Positions 63,020 through 64,000 of a stretch of DNA of 64,000 bases are shown here, piece by piece. Source of the stretch: Octopus bimaculoides (taxonomy: Eukaryota). The stretch is from positions 40,583,276 to 40,647,275 of the forward strand of contig NC_068995.1 in assembly GCF_001194135.2 (NCBI RefSeq), in the 5' to 3' direction. The notes beneath the pieces were generated by a model. The model saw nothing but the letters and a program-made list of their open reading frames with translations. It was not told the DNA's origin and made no database searches. Within the stretch, counting starts at the first letter, position 1; each line of letters opens with the position of its first letter. The position numbers and the translations under genes were made by a program.

Positions 63020-63393
63020 AAGAAGCTTGCTTCCCAACCTCCTTGTTCCGGATTCAATCCCACTGCGTGGCAACTTGGGCAAGTGACTTCTACTATAGCC
63101 TCAGGTCGAGAAAAACCTCGTTAGTGGATTTAGTAGATGGAAACTGAAAGAAGCCTGTTGTGTATATATATATATATATGAGGGGTTGCTGAAAAGTTCC
63201 TGGCTTTGTGTAAAAGAAAATACAGGTGGATCAGTTAATTATGACTTTATTCAACACATTCCATTCTCAGATTCATAGACTTATTGCAGCGATCCTTCAA
63301 TTTTTCTAAGCCTTGCAAAAGAACTTGGAAGTTTGGGCCTCCGACCAGGCCCTTTGTGACACACTTAAAGCCAGGGTCTTTTCAGTACCCTCT

Positions 63394-63431
<38 letters not shown>

Positions 63432-63635
63432 TGTATGTATGTATACGTATGTATGTCTTTACATCTGTGTTCCCCCCCCCCCACCGCTTGACAACCGGTG
63501 AAACAGACAGATAGAATAAGTACCAGACTTTCAAAAAAAAAAAATACAAGTTCTGGAGTCGATTCATTCGACTAAAAATTCTTCAAGGTGGTGCCCCAGC
63601 ATGGCCGTAGTCTAATGACTGAAACAAATAAGAAG
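63020..63635 (+). mobile_element. SINE family C interrupted in its internal (TA)n by a MITE
   Basis: Head 63020-63160 and tail 63450-63635. Confidence 0.85.
63179..63397 (+). mobile_element. mariner-type MITE (~220 bp) in (TA)n
   Basis: Left TGAGGGGTTGCTGAAAAGTTCCTGGCTTT and right AAAGCCAGGGTCTTTTCAGTACCCTC form imperfect TIRs with TA flanks. Confidence 0.75.
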
Positions 63636-63811
63636 TAAAAAGGACGAAGAACCTCGTTGAGATTGAATTCGCCTTTCGAGATCGATAGAACAAGGCTTCA
63701 TTCGAACATCGTGGCTGGTGTAATCGATAAACCCCTCCCCACAAAATTTGAAACCATTATCATTGTTCCTGCTCCTGTTGTTGTTGTTGTTATAAAAGAA
63801 TTACTATCGCG

Positions 63812-64000
63812 TCGGACAAAATGCTTAACGGCGTTTCTTCCGGTTCTTTATGTTCTGAGTTCAAATTCCGCCGAAGTCGACTTTGCTTTTCGTCCTTTCA
63901 GGGTTCGATATAATGAAGTACCAGTGAAACGGTGGGATCCATTTAACCGATCAGTCAACATCCTCCTCCCACCACCACCATCAAATGGCTGGCCTTGTGT
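63812..64000 (+). mobile_element. SINE family A (runs to window end)
   Basis: aaatgcttaacggcgtttc...gagttcaaattccgccgaagtcgac...ggccttgtg. Confidence 0.85.

Overview
AT-rich, microsatellite-saturated eukaryotic scaffold with many N gaps, most of them abutting (TA)n tracts. The SINE families resemble those of octopus/coleoid cephalopods (inference from repeat content only). I recognised no intact protein-coding gene. Most listed ORFs are microsatellite translations or run through N gaps, and the rest are transposon relics. Non-LTR relics: Dong/R4-type LINE pieces, an RTE LINE with a 5' inversion, and at least four Penelope-like (PLE) remnants. DNA transposons: Tc1, Merlin/ISXO2-like, two hAT (Charlie-type) elements with 8-bp TSDs, a mariner MITE, a Helitron helicase fragment and a complete non-autonomous Helitron. 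About 35 tRNA-derived SINE copies are built from interchangeable head and tail modules; family letters A-G are my working labels. The main hidden signal is RNA-structural: several PLE-type minimal type-I hammerhead ribozyme motifs. Two sit in the arms of a ~390-bp inverted repeat (60057-60856), one has an intact core (61387-61447), and degenerate copies lie downstream of PLE ORF relics. Also notable are a stack of R4 3' ends in (TAA)n tracts that includes a perfect 66-bp palindrome, and two weak candidate host-gene exons.
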